From Zymomonas mobilis subsp. mobilis ATCC 10988 (GTDB lineage Bacteria > Pseudomonadota > Alphaproteobacteria > Sphingomonadales > Sphingomonadaceae): a stretch of DNA of 32,000 bases. The notes below the pieces were generated by a model, which was given only the letters and a program-made list of their open reading frames with translations, was not told the DNA's origin and made no database searches. The translations under genes were made by a program, and so were the position numbers. The stretch spans positions 330,001 through 362,000 of the forward strand of contig NC_017262.1 of assembly GCF_000175255.2 (NCBI RefSeq). The letters run 5' to 3'. Shown piece by piece: positions 18,588 to 28,607 of the stretch; the first letter of the stretch is position 1; every line of letters starts with the position of its first letter.

Positions 18588-18726
18588 TTACTGTGATTCA
18601 ATGCGACTCTTCGGTCAAGAGGCTTCATTGTAAAAATACAAAAGCGGTTATGGATAATGATTGAAGTGATTATTTTATAGCTTCAAAAAATGTAGAAAAA
18701 GTAACGAAAAAGAGGTCAAAGGCATC

Positions 18727-19374
18727 CTAATCTACATTTTCATAAAATTGGCGAATAGGTGAAAAACTCCGGCGATGGAATTTTGTTGGCTTTAATCTTT
18801 GAATGGCTTCACGATGTTCCTTTGTCGGATATCCCATATTGTGTTCCCAACCATAGCCGGGATATTCTTGGCTGGCTTTTACCATTATTTCATCCCGTTC
18901 GACTTTGGCTACAATAGAGGCCGCCGCAATCGACAAAGAAAGACTATCCCCTTTGATAATAGGCAATGATGGCCACGGCCAATCAGGAATATCGCGGCCA
19001 TCCACTAAAATACAATCAGGTTCCCTACCTATTTTTTGTATCAAGGCCTCTACTGCCCGCTTCATCGCCAAAAGACTGGCTTGCCGGATATTGATCCGGT
19101 CAATCTCATGAACATTCGCCATTCCCGTTGCATAATCAGCCTGATTATGCAGCATGTCGGATAAAAGATGGCGACGGCGCGCGGTCAGTTTTTTTGAATC
19201 ATTTATCCCTTCGGGAATATGCTCACGGTGAAGATAAACGGCTCCGGCCATGACAGGGCCCGCTAGAGGGCCTCTGCCAACTTCATCAACCCCGAAAACT
19301 ACGCCTTCGATCCGATCTTCATAAGACAGATCAGGTAGCGTCTTCTTGGAAGTTTTAGGTGAGCCTGCAACCAT
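18727..19374 (-). CDS. rnhB: ribonuclease HII
   Basis: GVDEVGRGPLAGPV catalytic motif and DSKKL. The start overlaps the thiD stop (TGATG). Confidence 0.9.
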   Translation of the reverse strand: MVAGSPKTSKKTLPDLSYEDRIEGVVFGVDEVGRGPLAGPVMAGAVYLHREHIPEGINDSKKLTARRRHLLSDMLHNQADYATGMANVHEIDRINIRQASLLAMKRAVEALIQKIGREPDCILVDGRDIPDWPWPSLPIIKGDSLSLSIAAASIVAKVERDEIMVKASQEYPGYGWEHNMGYPTKEHREAIQRLKPTKFHRRSFSPIRQFYENVD

Positions 19375-20252
19375 CAGTTATTTTCCAGAAACCAGCGGTC
19401 AAAAGCACTTATGCCTAAAGTATGACCAATAGGCCCATGCCCTTTCCCTAAAGACGGCGCTTTTTCCAAAGCGGTTCTGATATATTGACGCGCCCTAGTA
19501 ATGGCCTCTTTTAAAGGCAATCCTTGCCCCAATGAGGTCGCAATAGCACTAGAAAGGCTACATCCTGTCCCATGGGTATTTTGGGTCGGGATACGGCTAT
19601 CCTGCCATGATATGACCTCGCCATCCGGCATCACTAATCTATCGGTCAAAATTTCGCCTTCACCATGACCGCCTTTTGCCAATATCGGGCAGTCATAATG
19701 CCGTGCCAATTGCTGCGCAGCCGCTATCAACGAGGCATCAGAAGAACAATCCTGTTTTGTCAAAACTTCCAATTCAGGGATGTTCGGCGTAATCAAATCA
19801 GCCCGATACATCAATCGATCAAAGGCTTGGATCGTTTTTTCATCTGCCAAGGCTGATCCACTGGTCGCTACCATTACTGGATCAAGAACAACTGGAATAT
19901 TAGGTATTTTTTCGAGATAATCAGCAACTGCCACGGCAACTTCGCCGCTTCCAATCATGCCGATTTTGATCGCAGAAACCCCAATATCAGTTACCACGGC
20001 GTCTATCTGGGCAATGACCATCTGGGGCGAAATAACGTCAATCGCGGAAACACCTTGGGTATTTTGCGCGGTTAAAGAGGTAATCGCGGTCAGGGCATGA
20101 CCACCCAGCATAGTAATTGACCGAATATCGGCCTGAATCCCTGCCCCTCCGCCGGAATCAGAACCGGCAATGGTCAGAATACGCGCCGGTTGATCGACGC
20201 TAATTTCCGGTATTTTAGGCTGCACGACGAACGGTCTCACATATATGGTCAA
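19374..20252 (-). CDS. thiD: hydroxymethylpyrimidine/phosphomethylpyrimidine kinase
   Basis: [26 protein letters not shown] and [11 protein letters not shown] motifs. The start is uncertain (TTG 20252, GTG 20240 or GTG 20225), and every option overlaps the end of glmM. Confidence 0.88.
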   Translation of the reverse strand: MTIYVRPFVVQPKIPEISVDQPARILTIAGSDSGGGAGIQADIRSITMLGGHALTAITSLTAQNTQGVSAIDVISPQMVIAQIDAVVTDIGVSAIKIGMIGSGEVAVAVADYLEKIPNIPVVLDPVMVATSGSALADEKTIQAFDRLMYRADLITPNIPELEVLTKQDCSSDASLIAAAQQLARHYDCPILAKGGHGEGEILTDRLVMPDGEVISWQDSRIPTQNTHGTGCSLSSAIATSLGQGLPLKEAITRARQYIRTALEKAPSLGKGHGPIGHTLGISAFDRWFLENN

Positions 20253-21552
20253 CGATCTGATGCACCAGATCAGGGTCTTCGGCTTCCGCCATGACGCGGA
20301 TTAAAGGCTCGGTTCCCGATTTACGGATCAGCAACCGTCCCTTGCCCTTCAGGCTTTCTTCTGCCTCGGATATCGCTTCACAGACAGATTCATCCTCAAG
20401 AGGCTGTCCACTGCTATAACGAACATTTTTCAAAAGCTGGGGGAACGGATCAAAAACATGCAGCAATTCGCTGGCCTTTTTATCGCTTTGAACCAAATCA
20501 GCCAAAACCTGCAAAGCTGCAACCAGTCCATCTCCTGTCGTTGTGTGATAAGACAGAATGATATGACCGGATTGCTCACCGCCGACAGTATAGCCCCCTG
20601 CCCGCATTGCTTCGACGACATGGCGATCGCCTACTTGGGTGCGTAAAAGCTGAATACCCAATTTGGATAAATAGCGTTCCAGCCCCAAATTAGACATAAC
20701 GGTCGCAACCGTCGTATTCCCTTTTAACAAATTCCGTTTTTGGGCAGAGGTTGCGATCAAAGCCATGATCTGATCGCCATCGACAATCTCGCCTTTTTCA
20801 TCGACGATGATGACACGATCAGCGTCGCCATCAAGGGCAATGCCTAAATCCGCACGCGTTTCCAGCACTTTCTTTTGCAAAGCCGAAGGATCAGTCGAAC
20901 CGCAATGGTCATTGATATTAAGACCATTAGGCGCAACGCCCAAAGTAATCACCTCAGCCCCTAATTCCCATAGAACGGCGGGGGCAACCTGATAGGCTGC
21001 GCCATTGGCGCAATCCAGAACCAAACGCAATTTATCCAACCGTAAAGATTCAGGAAAACTCGATTTCACCGCATGGATATAGCGCCCCTGCGCATCGTCA
21101 ATACGCCGCGCCCGCCCAATATCGGCAGGGGCTGCCAATAGAGGCGGCTGGTCAATCGCCTCTTCGATCGCTTTTTCTTCCTCTTCCGATAATTTATAGC
21201 CATTGGGGCCAAAAAGTTTGATGCCGTTATCGGAAAAAGGATTGTGGCTGGCAGAAATCATAACACCCAGATCAGCCCGCATTGATCGGGTCAAAAGAGC
21301 TACCCCCGGGGTTGGCAGAGGGCCTACCAGAACAACATCCATCCCAACACTGGTAAAACCCGCCATCAAAGCGGATTCTACCATATAGCCGGATAATCGG
21401 GTATCTTTCCCAATTAGGACACGATGACGATGCAGCCCCCGTTTAAAATAGGCACCGGCGGCCTGCCCTACTCTCATCGCAACATCGGCTGTCATCGGAT
21501 CCTTGTTCGTGCAACCACGGATACCATCCGTTCCAAAATATTGCCGTGACAT
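20215..21552 (-). CDS. glmM: phosphoglucosamine mutase
   Basis: [14 protein letters not shown]-terminus, phosphoserine loop [14 protein letters not shown] and GDGDADR metal loop. Confidence 0.93.
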   Translation of the reverse strand: MSRQYFGTDGIRGCTNKDPMTADVAMRVGQAAGAYFKRGLHRHRVLIGKDTRLSGYMVESALMAGFTSVGMDVVLVGPLPTPGVALLTRSMRADLGVMISASHNPFSDNGIKLFGPNGYKLSEEEEKAIEEAIDQPPLLAAPADIGRARRIDDAQGRYIHAVKSSFPESLRLDKLRLVLDCANGAAYQVAPAVLWELGAEVITLGVAPNGLNINDHCGSTDPSALQKKVLETRADLGIALDGDADRVIIVDEKGEIVDGDQIMALIATSAQKRNLLKGNTTVATVMSNLGLERYLSKLGIQLLRTQVGDRHVVEAMRAGGYTVGGEQSGHIILSYHTTTGDGLVAALQVLADLVQSDKKASELLHVFDPFPQLLKNVRYSSGQPLEDESVCEAISEAEESLKGKGRLLIRKSGTEPLIRVMAEAEDPDLVHQIVDHICETVRRAA

Positions 21553-21624
21553 GCGCGATTACCGTCCTTTCCGATCAAACTTTAAGACTTACAGCCGCCA
21601 GAATGAAGAAGAAGTCTCGCAAGA

Positions 21625-23118
21625 CTACGCCTCATTTTCGTGCAACAGCTTTTTCAAAACAGGTGTCAAAACAAATATGCCTCCGCCAAATACAACGGAA
21701 AGCCAACCGATAGAAGAATAAACATTCAGAATATTGTGAAATCCATCGCCGCTACCATTACTGGTCATCTTGGCAATCATTCCGGCACCATATTCCCCAA
21801 AAGCAGTCGAGAAAAACCACGTTCCAACCATCAAGCCAGCCATATGCACAGGTGACAAGCGGGTAATAGCCGCTAATCCTACTGGCGACAGGCATAATTC
21901 ACCAAGGGTATGGAAAAGATAAATCAGGAAAATAAAGAGAACCGGCGTTAATTGATGGGCATTCATTTTGGCTCCGGCCACCAGAACCAGAAAACCAAGC
22001 CCCAAGCCGACTAGCCCCATACCAAATTTAAAAAAAGTAGACGGCTCTAAATTCCGTTTATTCAACCATGTCCAAAGACCAGCCATCACAGGTGCCAAAA
22101 GAATGATATAGATCGAATTAAGAGACTGAAACATCGAGGTCGCAATATCCACACCCGCGATATGACGGTCGGTATAGCGATCGGTGAACATATTCAGCGA
22201 GGATCCTGCCTGCTCAAACAAAGACCAAAAAAGCACCGATCCAATCATTAAAATCATAGCAGCAAAAAGCCGATCACGGGCAATAGACGGCAAACGAATG
22301 GCAGAATAAAAGATATAGATAACCAAAAAGATACCGATAATACCCAGCAATTGCCCGACAATCTGATAATAGTTAAGCAAAATCCCCGAAAAGACGATAG
22401 CGGTAACACTGAGGATATAAATCCAAATTTCTTTTGAAAGGCCGAAAACTTTTTGTGCCAATTTTTCAGGACAGGCAGATTCCCCTCGTCCCTTCAAAAG
22501 TGGACGGCAAAAAACAAAAATCAGAAGACCGATAGCCATGCCAACGCCAGCCATACCGAAACCATAACGCCAGCCGTATTTTTCTCCGACATAGCCACAA
22601 ATCAACGGGCCCAATGCACCGCCAAGATTGATCCCCATATAAAAAATGGTAAAGGCCGGATCACGTCTCAGATCATTTTTATCATATAGGCTGCCGACAA
22701 TCGCCGAAATATTGCCTTTTAAAAATCCGGTTCCGACAATGATAAAGGCCAAGGCGATATAAAAACAATTTACAGCCAAAGACTGATTGCCGCCATTGCC
22801 TTCAAAACCCATTAAAAAATGGCCGATGGTAATCAATACCGCGCCATAAAGAACGGCTTTTCGCCCTCCTAAAAGTTTATCGGCAATAAAACCGCCGATA
22901 ACTGGCATAATATAGACCAAGGAGGCATAGGCCGCATAAATACTATAAGATTTACTATCACTGAAAAGAAAATGTTTGGTTAAGTAAAATATCAGAAGCG
23001 CTCTCATTCCATAGAATGAAAATCTTTCCCACATTTCGGTGAAAAATAGTAAAAATAAACCTGGCGGATGCCCGATGATTGTTTTTTCTTGGTCTGTTCT
23101 GTTTTTTGATAGCAACAA
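21625..23118 (-). CDS. proton-dependent oligopeptide transporter (POT/PTR2, DtpT-like)
   Basis: GHPPGLFLLFFTEMWERFSFYGMRALLIFYL is the POT signature, and the protein has many TM helices. Only TTG is available as a start (23118), 5 nt after AAGGGGGG. Confidence 0.88.
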   Translation of the reverse strand: MLLSKNRTDQEKTIIGHPPGLFLLFFTEMWERFSFYGMRALLIFYLTKHFLFSDSKSYSIYAAYASLVYIMPVIGGFIADKLLGGRKAVLYGAVLITIGHFLMGFEGNGGNQSLAVNCFYIALAFIIVGTGFLKGNISAIVGSLYDKNDLRRDPAFTIFYMGINLGGALGPLICGYVGEKYGWRYGFGMAGVGMAIGLLIFVFCRPLLKGRGESACPEKLAQKVFGLSKEIWIYILSVTAIVFSGILLNYYQIVGQLLGIIGIFLVIYIFYSAIRLPSIARDRLFAAMILMIGSVLFWSLFEQAGSSLNMFTDRYTDRHIAGVDIATSMFQSLNSIYIILLAPVMAGLWTWLNKRNLEPSTFFKFGMGLVGLGLGFLVLVAGAKMNAHQLTPVLFIFLIYLFHTLGELCLSPVGLAAITRLSPVHMAGLMVGTWFFSTAFGEYGAGMIAKMTSNGSGDGFHNILNVYSSIGWLSVVFGGGIFVLTPVLKKLLHENEA

Positions 23119-23304
23119 ACTGTCCCCCCTTACTGAATAGGCAGTCTCGGCTCAACACAGCCTTTCTGCCTTTTTTCAACCCTGCTTCTTTGGGAACAGA
23201 ATATTTTCTTTTTTGCAAGGACGATTTTATCGACCTGCGCTATCGATTTTTGGAATCCCTTCCAGAAACCGCCTGTTTTTGTCTTTTCTTCACACAGATA
23301 CAGA

Positions 23305-23347
23305 TAAAAAATCAGGCACCGAAGGCGATAAAGCCCCCGATGCCTGA
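23305..23347 (-). terminator. rho-independent terminator after metE
   Basis: On the minus strand, TCAGGCATCG pairs with CGGTGCCTGA (10 bp, one G-U) and is followed by TTTTTT (plus A-run 23305-23311). Confidence 0.8.
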
Positions 23348-23371
23348 CAGAAAATTCAAAATAATAAGATA

Positions 23372-25651
23372 TTATTTTGCTTTTTCTTCTGCACGCATTT
23401 CTTTTGCTGCGGCAACCATCGCTAACAAGGAAGGTTTCACTTCTTCCCAGCGACGCGTTTTCAGACCGCAGTCAGGATTGACCCACAAACGGTCAGCCGG
23501 AAGATATTTCCGAGCCAAACGAAGAAGGTTAACCATTTCTTCAACAGACGGGATACGCGGTGAATGGATGTCATAAACACCGGGGCCAATCTGGTTCGGA
23601 TATTGATAGCTGGCAAAAGCCTGCAACAATTCCATCTGCGAACGAGCGGTCTCAATGGAAAGCGCATCGGCATCCATGGCGGCGATAGAAGGCAGGATGT
23701 CGTTAAATTCAGAATAGCACATATGGCTATGAATCTGCGTATCATCCCGAACACCAGAAGCCGTCAGACGGAAGGATTCAACTGCCCAATCCAGATAGGT
23801 CTGCCATTCGGCACGACGCAAAGGCAAACCTTCACGAAGAGCGGCTTCATCGATCTGAATGATTTTTGCGCCAGCGGCTTCCAAATCAACCACTTCGTCA
23901 CGGATAGCCAAAGCCAACTGACGGCAGCTGACTGAACGCGGCTGATCGTTACGGACGAAAGACCAGTTCAAAATGGTCACAGGGCCCGTCAACATGCCTT
24001 TAACAGGCTTTTCGCTCTGCTGCTGCGAGAATGACCACCAATCGACCGTCATCGCTTTCGGGCGGGTCACATCACCGAACAGGATCGGCGGACGGACACA
24101 ACGGGAACCATAGCTCTGCACCCAACCATTGTTGGTAAAGGCAAAACCATCCAGCTGTTCACCGAAATACTGAACCATGTCGTTACGTTCAAATTCACCA
24201 TGAACCAGAACGTCAAGACCGATTTCTTCCTGCCAACGGATGGTAGCGGCGGTCTGTTCACGCAAGAACTGCGTGTAACCGGCATTGTCCAATTCACCAC
24301 GACGGTTTTTGGCGCGTGCCTGACGGACTTCCGAAGTCTGCGGGAAAGAACCAATGGTCGTCGTCGGATAGAGCGGCAGATTCAGCTTTGCCTGCTGCGC
24401 TGCGGCACGAACCGGATAAGGGCTCTGACGCTTTGCCATGTCAGGCGTTACAGCAGCCAGACGCTTGGCTACGGCTTCGTTATGAATACGCGGCGAAGAA
24501 CGACGGTTTTTAGCCGCTTTAGTGGAAGCAGCCAGTTCTTCAGCCACTTCATTCCGGCCTTTAGTCAAAGCCGTTTTCAGGACAGCCAGTTCTTCGAGCT
24601 TCTGCTGAGCAAAAGCCAACCACTGCGTGATTTCGGGATCAATCTTCTTTTCAGCTTTCAGATCAACCGGCACATGCAGCAAAGAACAAGACGGAGCCAG
24701 AACCAGATCACGCTTTTCAGCCAGAGGTTCAATCCAGTCCACAAGCGCATCGAGATCGGCGCGCCAGATATTGCGGCCATCAATGACACCCAAAGACAAA
24801 ACCGTGTCAGGACGGACTTTGGTCAACAGCGCATCATAATCATCGCTACCACGGATCAGATCGACGTGGATACCCGCAACCGGCAAAGAGGTTAACAGGT
24901 CGATATTTTCAGCGACACGACCAAAATAGGTGGTCAGCATCAAAGACACGCCGGTTTTAGACAGAACGTCATAAGCCTTTTTGAAGGCTGCCCGCTGCTT
25001 GTCATTCAGATCAAGAACAAAAGCCGGTTCGTCAATCTGAACCCATTTGGCACCCGCTTTGGCAAGGCTCGTCAAAACCTCGGTGTAAATAGCCAAAACG
25101 TCATCGAGATAATCGAACGGATCGACATCGCGACCTTTCGCAAGGCTCAACCACGTAACGGGGCCCAAAACGACAGGACGGGTTTCGACACCAGCGGCTT
25201 TAGCTTCGTTATAAAGATCCAAAGCCTTGGTCGAAGCCAGGCTGAATTTCTGCCCCTTGACTAATTCAGGCACCATATAGTGATAATTGGTGTCGAACCA
25301 TTTGGTCATTTCCATAGCGGTGACGCTGTTTTCAGCAGAGGTCGTGCCGCGAGCCATGGCGAAATAGGTAGCCAGATCGACTTTTCCACCTTTGAAACCA
25401 TAGCGTTCCGGCACAGCGCCCAACATGACCGTGGTATCAAGAACGTGATCGTAGAAGGAGAAGTCATTGCTTGGAATATAGTCAATTCCAAGATTTTTCT
25501 GCTTCAGCCAGGTTTCGCGACGCAGGGAAGCGGCTGTTTCTTTCAGCTCGGCTTCGCTGCTACGGCCACCCCAGAAACTTTCAAGTGCGAATTTCAATTC
25601 GCGATTCGGGCCAATTCTTGGGAAACCCAAATTAGCAATGGTAACGCTCAT
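23372..25651 (-). CDS. metE: cobalamin-independent methionine synthase
   Basis: [20 protein letters not shown] aligns with the E. coli MetE N-terminus, at full length of about 760 aa. ATG 25651 is preferred over upstream TTG 25663. Confidence 0.93.
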   Translation of the reverse strand: MSVTIANLGFPRIGPNRELKFALESFWGGRSSEAELKETAASLRRETWLKQKNLGIDYIPSNDFSFYDHVLDTTVMLGAVPERYGFKGGKVDLATYFAMARGTTSAENSVTAMEMTKWFDTNYHYMVPELVKGQKFSLASTKALDLYNEAKAAGVETRPVVLGPVTWLSLAKGRDVDPFDYLDDVLAIYTEVLTSLAKAGAKWVQIDEPAFVLDLNDKQRAAFKKAYDVLSKTGVSLMLTTYFGRVAENIDLLTSLPVAGIHVDLIRGSDDYDALLTKVRPDTVLSLGVIDGRNIWRADLDALVDWIEPLAEKRDLVLAPSCSLLHVPVDLKAEKKIDPEITQWLAFAQQKLEELAVLKTALTKGRNEVAEELAASTKAAKNRRSSPRIHNEAVAKRLAAVTPDMAKRQSPYPVRAAAQQAKLNLPLYPTTTIGSFPQTSEVRQARAKNRRGELDNAGYTQFLREQTAATIRWQEEIGLDVLVHGEFERNDMVQYFGEQLDGFAFTNNGWVQSYGSRCVRPPILFGDVTRPKAMTVDWWSFSQQQSEKPVKGMLTGPVTILNWSFVRNDQPRSVSCRQLALAIRDEVVDLEAAGAKIIQIDEAALREGLPLRRAEWQTYLDWAVESFRLTASGVRDDTQIHSHMCYSEFNDILPSIAAMDADALSIETARSQMELLQAFASYQYPNQIGPGVYDIHSPRIPSVEEMVNLLRLARKYLPADRLWVNPDCGLKTRRWEEVKPSLLAMVAAAKEMRAEEKAK

Positions 25652-25726
25652 TTTTCTCTTCAACCCCGAAAAGAAACCAGTTTCAAAAGCCTGTTTCCAG
25701 TTTTCAAAACCGATAGTGGATGACTT

Positions 25727-25905
25727 GGTTTAAGGCAGGTCTCCTGACTTGACAGGTCACCGCGTCCGATCAGCCTTCCCGATAATGATATCAGTGGCAT
25801 TTTGATCTTTGCTCGCCGTTTACAGTTGCGGGGGCAGCACTGGCTTTGAAAATTCTTTCGCACCAGTTTCCCTCTTAGCTTTGCCAATGACAAAGAACCT
25901 TAATC
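25727..25905 (-). promoter_or_regulatory. cobalamin (B12) riboswitch aptamer upstream of metE
   Basis: The minus strand reads AAGAGGGAAACTGGTGCGAAA..CCAGTGCTGCCCCCGCAACTGTAA, then GCCACTG, then GGGAAGGC, then the B12 box AGTCAGGAGACCTGCC (plus 25734-25749). P1 candidate is TTAAGG (plus 25898-25903) with CCTTAA (plus 25730-25735). All are hallmark blocks of the cobalamin riboswitch. Confidence 0.9.
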
Positions 25906-26080
25906 CTTCCTCATTGCTCTCCGATCGAGAGGCAAAGGTCAAGCTAAATATAAAGATGTGTTTATATGTTTATTTTTTAATTACAGGAAAATAACGCTTG
26001 GCAGGATAAAAAAGAAAAGATTTTCACCCCATAAATAGGGAAAACTTGCAGAAGTGACCGACAAAGGATAGCCGAAAGCG

Positions 26081-27070
26081 ATGAATGCGTTTTTTTCTTC
26101 GAATGAAACAATAATCCTGCCCTGTGACTCAAAAGGCATCGAAAAAGCGGTGCAACTGATTCGGGGAGGCTATCCTGTGGGTCTTCCCACGGAAACGGTT
26201 TACGGCCTAGCGGCCGATGCGTTTTCAGGCGAAGCTGTCGCCCGTATTTATCAGGCCAAGGGGCGACCTTCTTTTAATCCGCTAATCGTTCATATTGCCC
26301 ATATCGAGCAGGCAGCGGAAATCGTCGAATTTAACGATGAGGCCTTGTCTTTGGCGCAAAAATTCTGGCCGGGGGCATTAACAATGGTTTTGCCTTTGAA
26401 AAAAGATGCAAAAATTGCCTCTATTGTGACGGCTGGACTTGATACCGTTGCGATCAGAATGCCTTCTCATCCGGTAATGCGCCAAGTGATAAAAGCCTTT
26501 GGTCATCCTTTGGCAGCGCCTTCTGCCAATAAAAGTGGCTCTATCAGCCCAACCACAGCCCTTCATGTCAAAGAATCGCTTAATGGAAAGATCGCAGCGG
26601 TGCTTGATGGGGGTATCGCCGACAAAGGCCTTGAATCCACTATTATCTATATCGGGGCAGATGAGATAAAATTACTGCGTCCGGGACCCATCACCAGCGA
26701 AGAACTGGCTCAATCAAGCCACCTGCCGATTACCGAATATAAAGCCGATGGCCAAAATCCTGTCGCACCGGGGCAGTTAGTCAGCCATTACGCCCCCAGC
26801 CAGCCAGTGCGGTTAAATATATCTCAAAAAGAGGCGGATGAATGGCTTATTGGCTTTGGAGATATTGCCGGTGACGACAATCTTTCTCCTTCTGGTGATT
26901 TGACCGAGGCCGCTGCCCATTTATTCTCGGCACTGCATCGCGGCGAAAAAAGTGCTTACCCACGTATTGCGATTGCGCCCATTCCCTTAGAGGGCATTGG
27001 GAAAGCCATCAATGACCGTCTGGGGCGTGCTGCTGCGCCACGAGATGAACAAAATACCTCACAGAGATAA
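26081..27070 (+). CDS. tsaC: L-threonylcarbamoyladenylate synthase, long Sua5/YwlC form
   Basis: GLPTETVYGLAADA, KGRPSFNPLIVH and SANKSG motifs of the YrdC domain, plus a C-terminal Sua5 domain (329 aa). Confidence 0.88.
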   Translation: MNAFFSSNETIILPCDSKGIEKAVQLIRGGYPVGLPTETVYGLAADAFSGEAVARIYQAKGRPSFNPLIVHIAHIEQAAEIVEFNDEALSLAQKFWPGALTMVLPLKKDAKIASIVTAGLDTVAIRMPSHPVMRQVIKAFGHPLAAPSANKSGSISPTTALHVKESLNGKIAAVLDGGIADKGLESTIIYIGADEIKLLRPGPITSEELAQSSHLPITEYKADGQNPVAPGQLVSHYAPSQPVRLNISQKEADEWLIGFGDIAGDDNLSPSGDLTEAAAHLFSALHRGEKSAYPRIAIAPIPLEGIGKAINDRLGRAAAPRDEQNTSQR

Positions 27071-27098
27071 GCTGAAAACATTTATCAAGACTTAGAGA

Positions 27099-27641
27099 CT
27101 AGGTGCTTGCTTGTTTTTTTATTCTATCTTGGTGACTTTTTCGGAATTTGGCTATTTTGGGGGCAACAACAATCGAGCAATAGCGATTTTCTTGTCCTTT
27201 TTGATAAAAATAGTCCTGATGATAGGCTTCGGCAGGATAAAAAATACTGGCAGGCTCAATCTTGGTTACAATCGGCTTTTTACTATGGGCTTGCGCTTTC
27301 ACAATCGCATCTTGAGCAACCTGCTCCTGCACTTTATCAAGCGGGAAAATAGCGGAACGATATTGAACGCCGATATCATCCCCCTGCCTGTTCAGCTGCG
27401 TCGGGTCATGAATATCAAAGAACAGATCAAGAATATCGCTATAGCTGATCTTTTCGGGATCAAAAGTCAAACGGACGGCCTCGGCATGTCCGGTTTTGCC
27501 TTCACAAACCTGTTCATAGCTGGGATTCGGGACATCCCCTCCGATATAGCCACTTTCTACGGATATTATTCCAATAATATCTTTAAAAATGGCTTCAATG
27601 CACCAGAAACAACCACCGGCTAATATCGCTTGCTTTTCCAT
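27099..27641 (-). CDS. msrA: peptide-methionine (S)-S-oxide reductase
   Basis: LAGGCFWCIEAIF active-site motif, GHAEAVRLTFDP and YHQDY. ATG 27641 is preferred over TTG 27647. Confidence 0.92.
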   Translation of the reverse strand: MEKQAILAGGCFWCIEAIFKDIIGIISVESGYIGGDVPNPSYEQVCEGKTGHAEAVRLTFDPEKISYSDILDLFFDIHDPTQLNRQGDDIGVQYRSAIFPLDKVQEQVAQDAIVKAQAHSKKPIVTKIEPASIFYPAEAYHQDYFYQKGQENRYCSIVVAPKIAKFRKSHQDRIKKQAST

Positions 27642-27922
27642 AAACAAGGAACGGGCAATATTTAAAAAAGTTTCTTTTCCATATCCGATTCTATCAAGCT
27701 GATTCTTTAAAAATAGAAAAATCGACTGATACCGAATGAATAAGGCTCAATAGGTTTCGTTCTTTGATCTTCTAAAATTTTGGCGTTTTCTCTAACAGAG
27801 AGCCCTCTCTTCTCTCCCCCAAAAAACGACGAGTAGCACGGCAAAAACAAGGTAAATAATAGAGATCGTGGGCAACAAACGCCTAAAATAAATCTGGTTA
27901 TCGGAAGTTAAGCAAAACACAT

Positions 27923-27958
27923 AAAAAAACGCCGCCTGTTGAAACAGACGGCGTTTTT
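27923..27958 (-). terminator. rho-independent terminator after eda
   Basis: On the minus strand, ACGCCGTCTG pairs with CAGGCGGCGT (10 bp, one G-U), loop TTTCAA-like, followed by TTTTTTT. A-run and T-run on both sides give it a bidirectional appearance. Confidence 0.85.
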
Positions 27959-27979
27959 AAGGCAATAGCTATTGCGCTA

Positions 27980-28606
27980 TTAGGCAACAGCAGCGCGCTT
28001 GAAAGCAGAAGCTTCTTTAGCGAGTGCCGTGATTTTTGCGACATCTGGTTTGCCAGCCGGAACAACCCAGCTACCACCGACGCAAAGAATGGACGGGTTT
28101 TCAAGATATTTAGGAGCTGACGTCGGGGTGATACCACCGGTCGGGCAGAAACGAACCTGACGGAAAACAGAAGCCATGGACTTCAGGGCAGGTAAACCAC
28201 CGATATTTTCAGCCGGGAAGAATTTGAAGCGATCAAGACCAAGGTCAAGACCAAGCATGACATCAGCAGCATTAGCAACACCCGGAAGCAAAGCAGCTTT
28301 CTGGGCAACAGCATGCTTACCGAGGTCAGCGGTCAGACCCGGGCTAACGAAAAATTCGCAACCAGCTTCCTGAGCTTGGTCGAGCATTTTTGCGTTCAGA
28401 ACCGTACCGGCACCAACAACGGCACCCGGAACTTCTTTCATGATCTTGATGGCTTCAAGAGCACAAGGGGTGCGAAGCGTTACTTCAAGAACGTTCAGAC
28501 CACCAGCAACCAAAGCTTCTGCGATAGGTTTTGCATCAGCAATATCTTCAATGACGAGGACCGGCATAACCGGTGCCAAACGCATTACGGAATCGATATC
28601 ACGCAT
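27980..28606 (-). CDS. eda: 2-keto-3-deoxy-6-phosphogluconate (KDPG) aldolase
   Basis: MRDIDSVMRLAPVMPVLVIEDIADAKPIAEALVAGGLNVLEVTLRTP...FKFFPAE...CPTGGI. The family is unambiguous and the sequence matches my recollection of Z. mobilis Eda. ATG 28606 is preceded by AGGAG; the longer ORF-track start at 28651 is rejected. Confidence 0.93.
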   Translation of the reverse strand: MRDIDSVMRLAPVMPVLVIEDIADAKPIAEALVAGGLNVLEVTLRTPCALEAIKIMKEVPGAVVGAGTVLNAKMLDQAQEAGCEFFVSPGLTADLGKHAVAQKAALLPGVANAADVMLGLDLGLDRFKFFPAENIGGLPALKSMASVFRQVRFCPTGGITPTSAPKYLENPSILCVGGSWVVPAGKPDVAKITALAKEASAFKRAAVA

Positions 28607-28607
28607 C

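Noticed and set aside
23079-23576. 165-aa plus-strand ORF spanning the POT-metE intergenic region.
   Set aside because: It runs through the metE terminator hairpin and into the antisense of the metE 3' end. It is low-complexity with no motif and no RBS.
24200-24895. Long ORFs antisense to real genes. They are 24200-24895 (231 aa, opposite metE), 27111-27623 (170 aa, opposite msrA), 5406-5891 (161 aa, opposite the DHS-like gene), 1157-1567 (136 aa, opposite queC), 30002-30406 (134 aa, opposite the repeat protein) and 28313-28814 (opposite eda).
   Set aside because: Each lies entirely within a confidently identified gene on the other strand. Their translations are compositionally odd (Arg/Ser/Phe/Cys-rich, no recognisable motifs). 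None has a convincing SD or independent terminator.
25660-25893. 77-aa minus-strand ORF upstream of metE.
   Set aside because: It is coextensive with the cobalamin riboswitch, so the sequence is explained by the RNA element.
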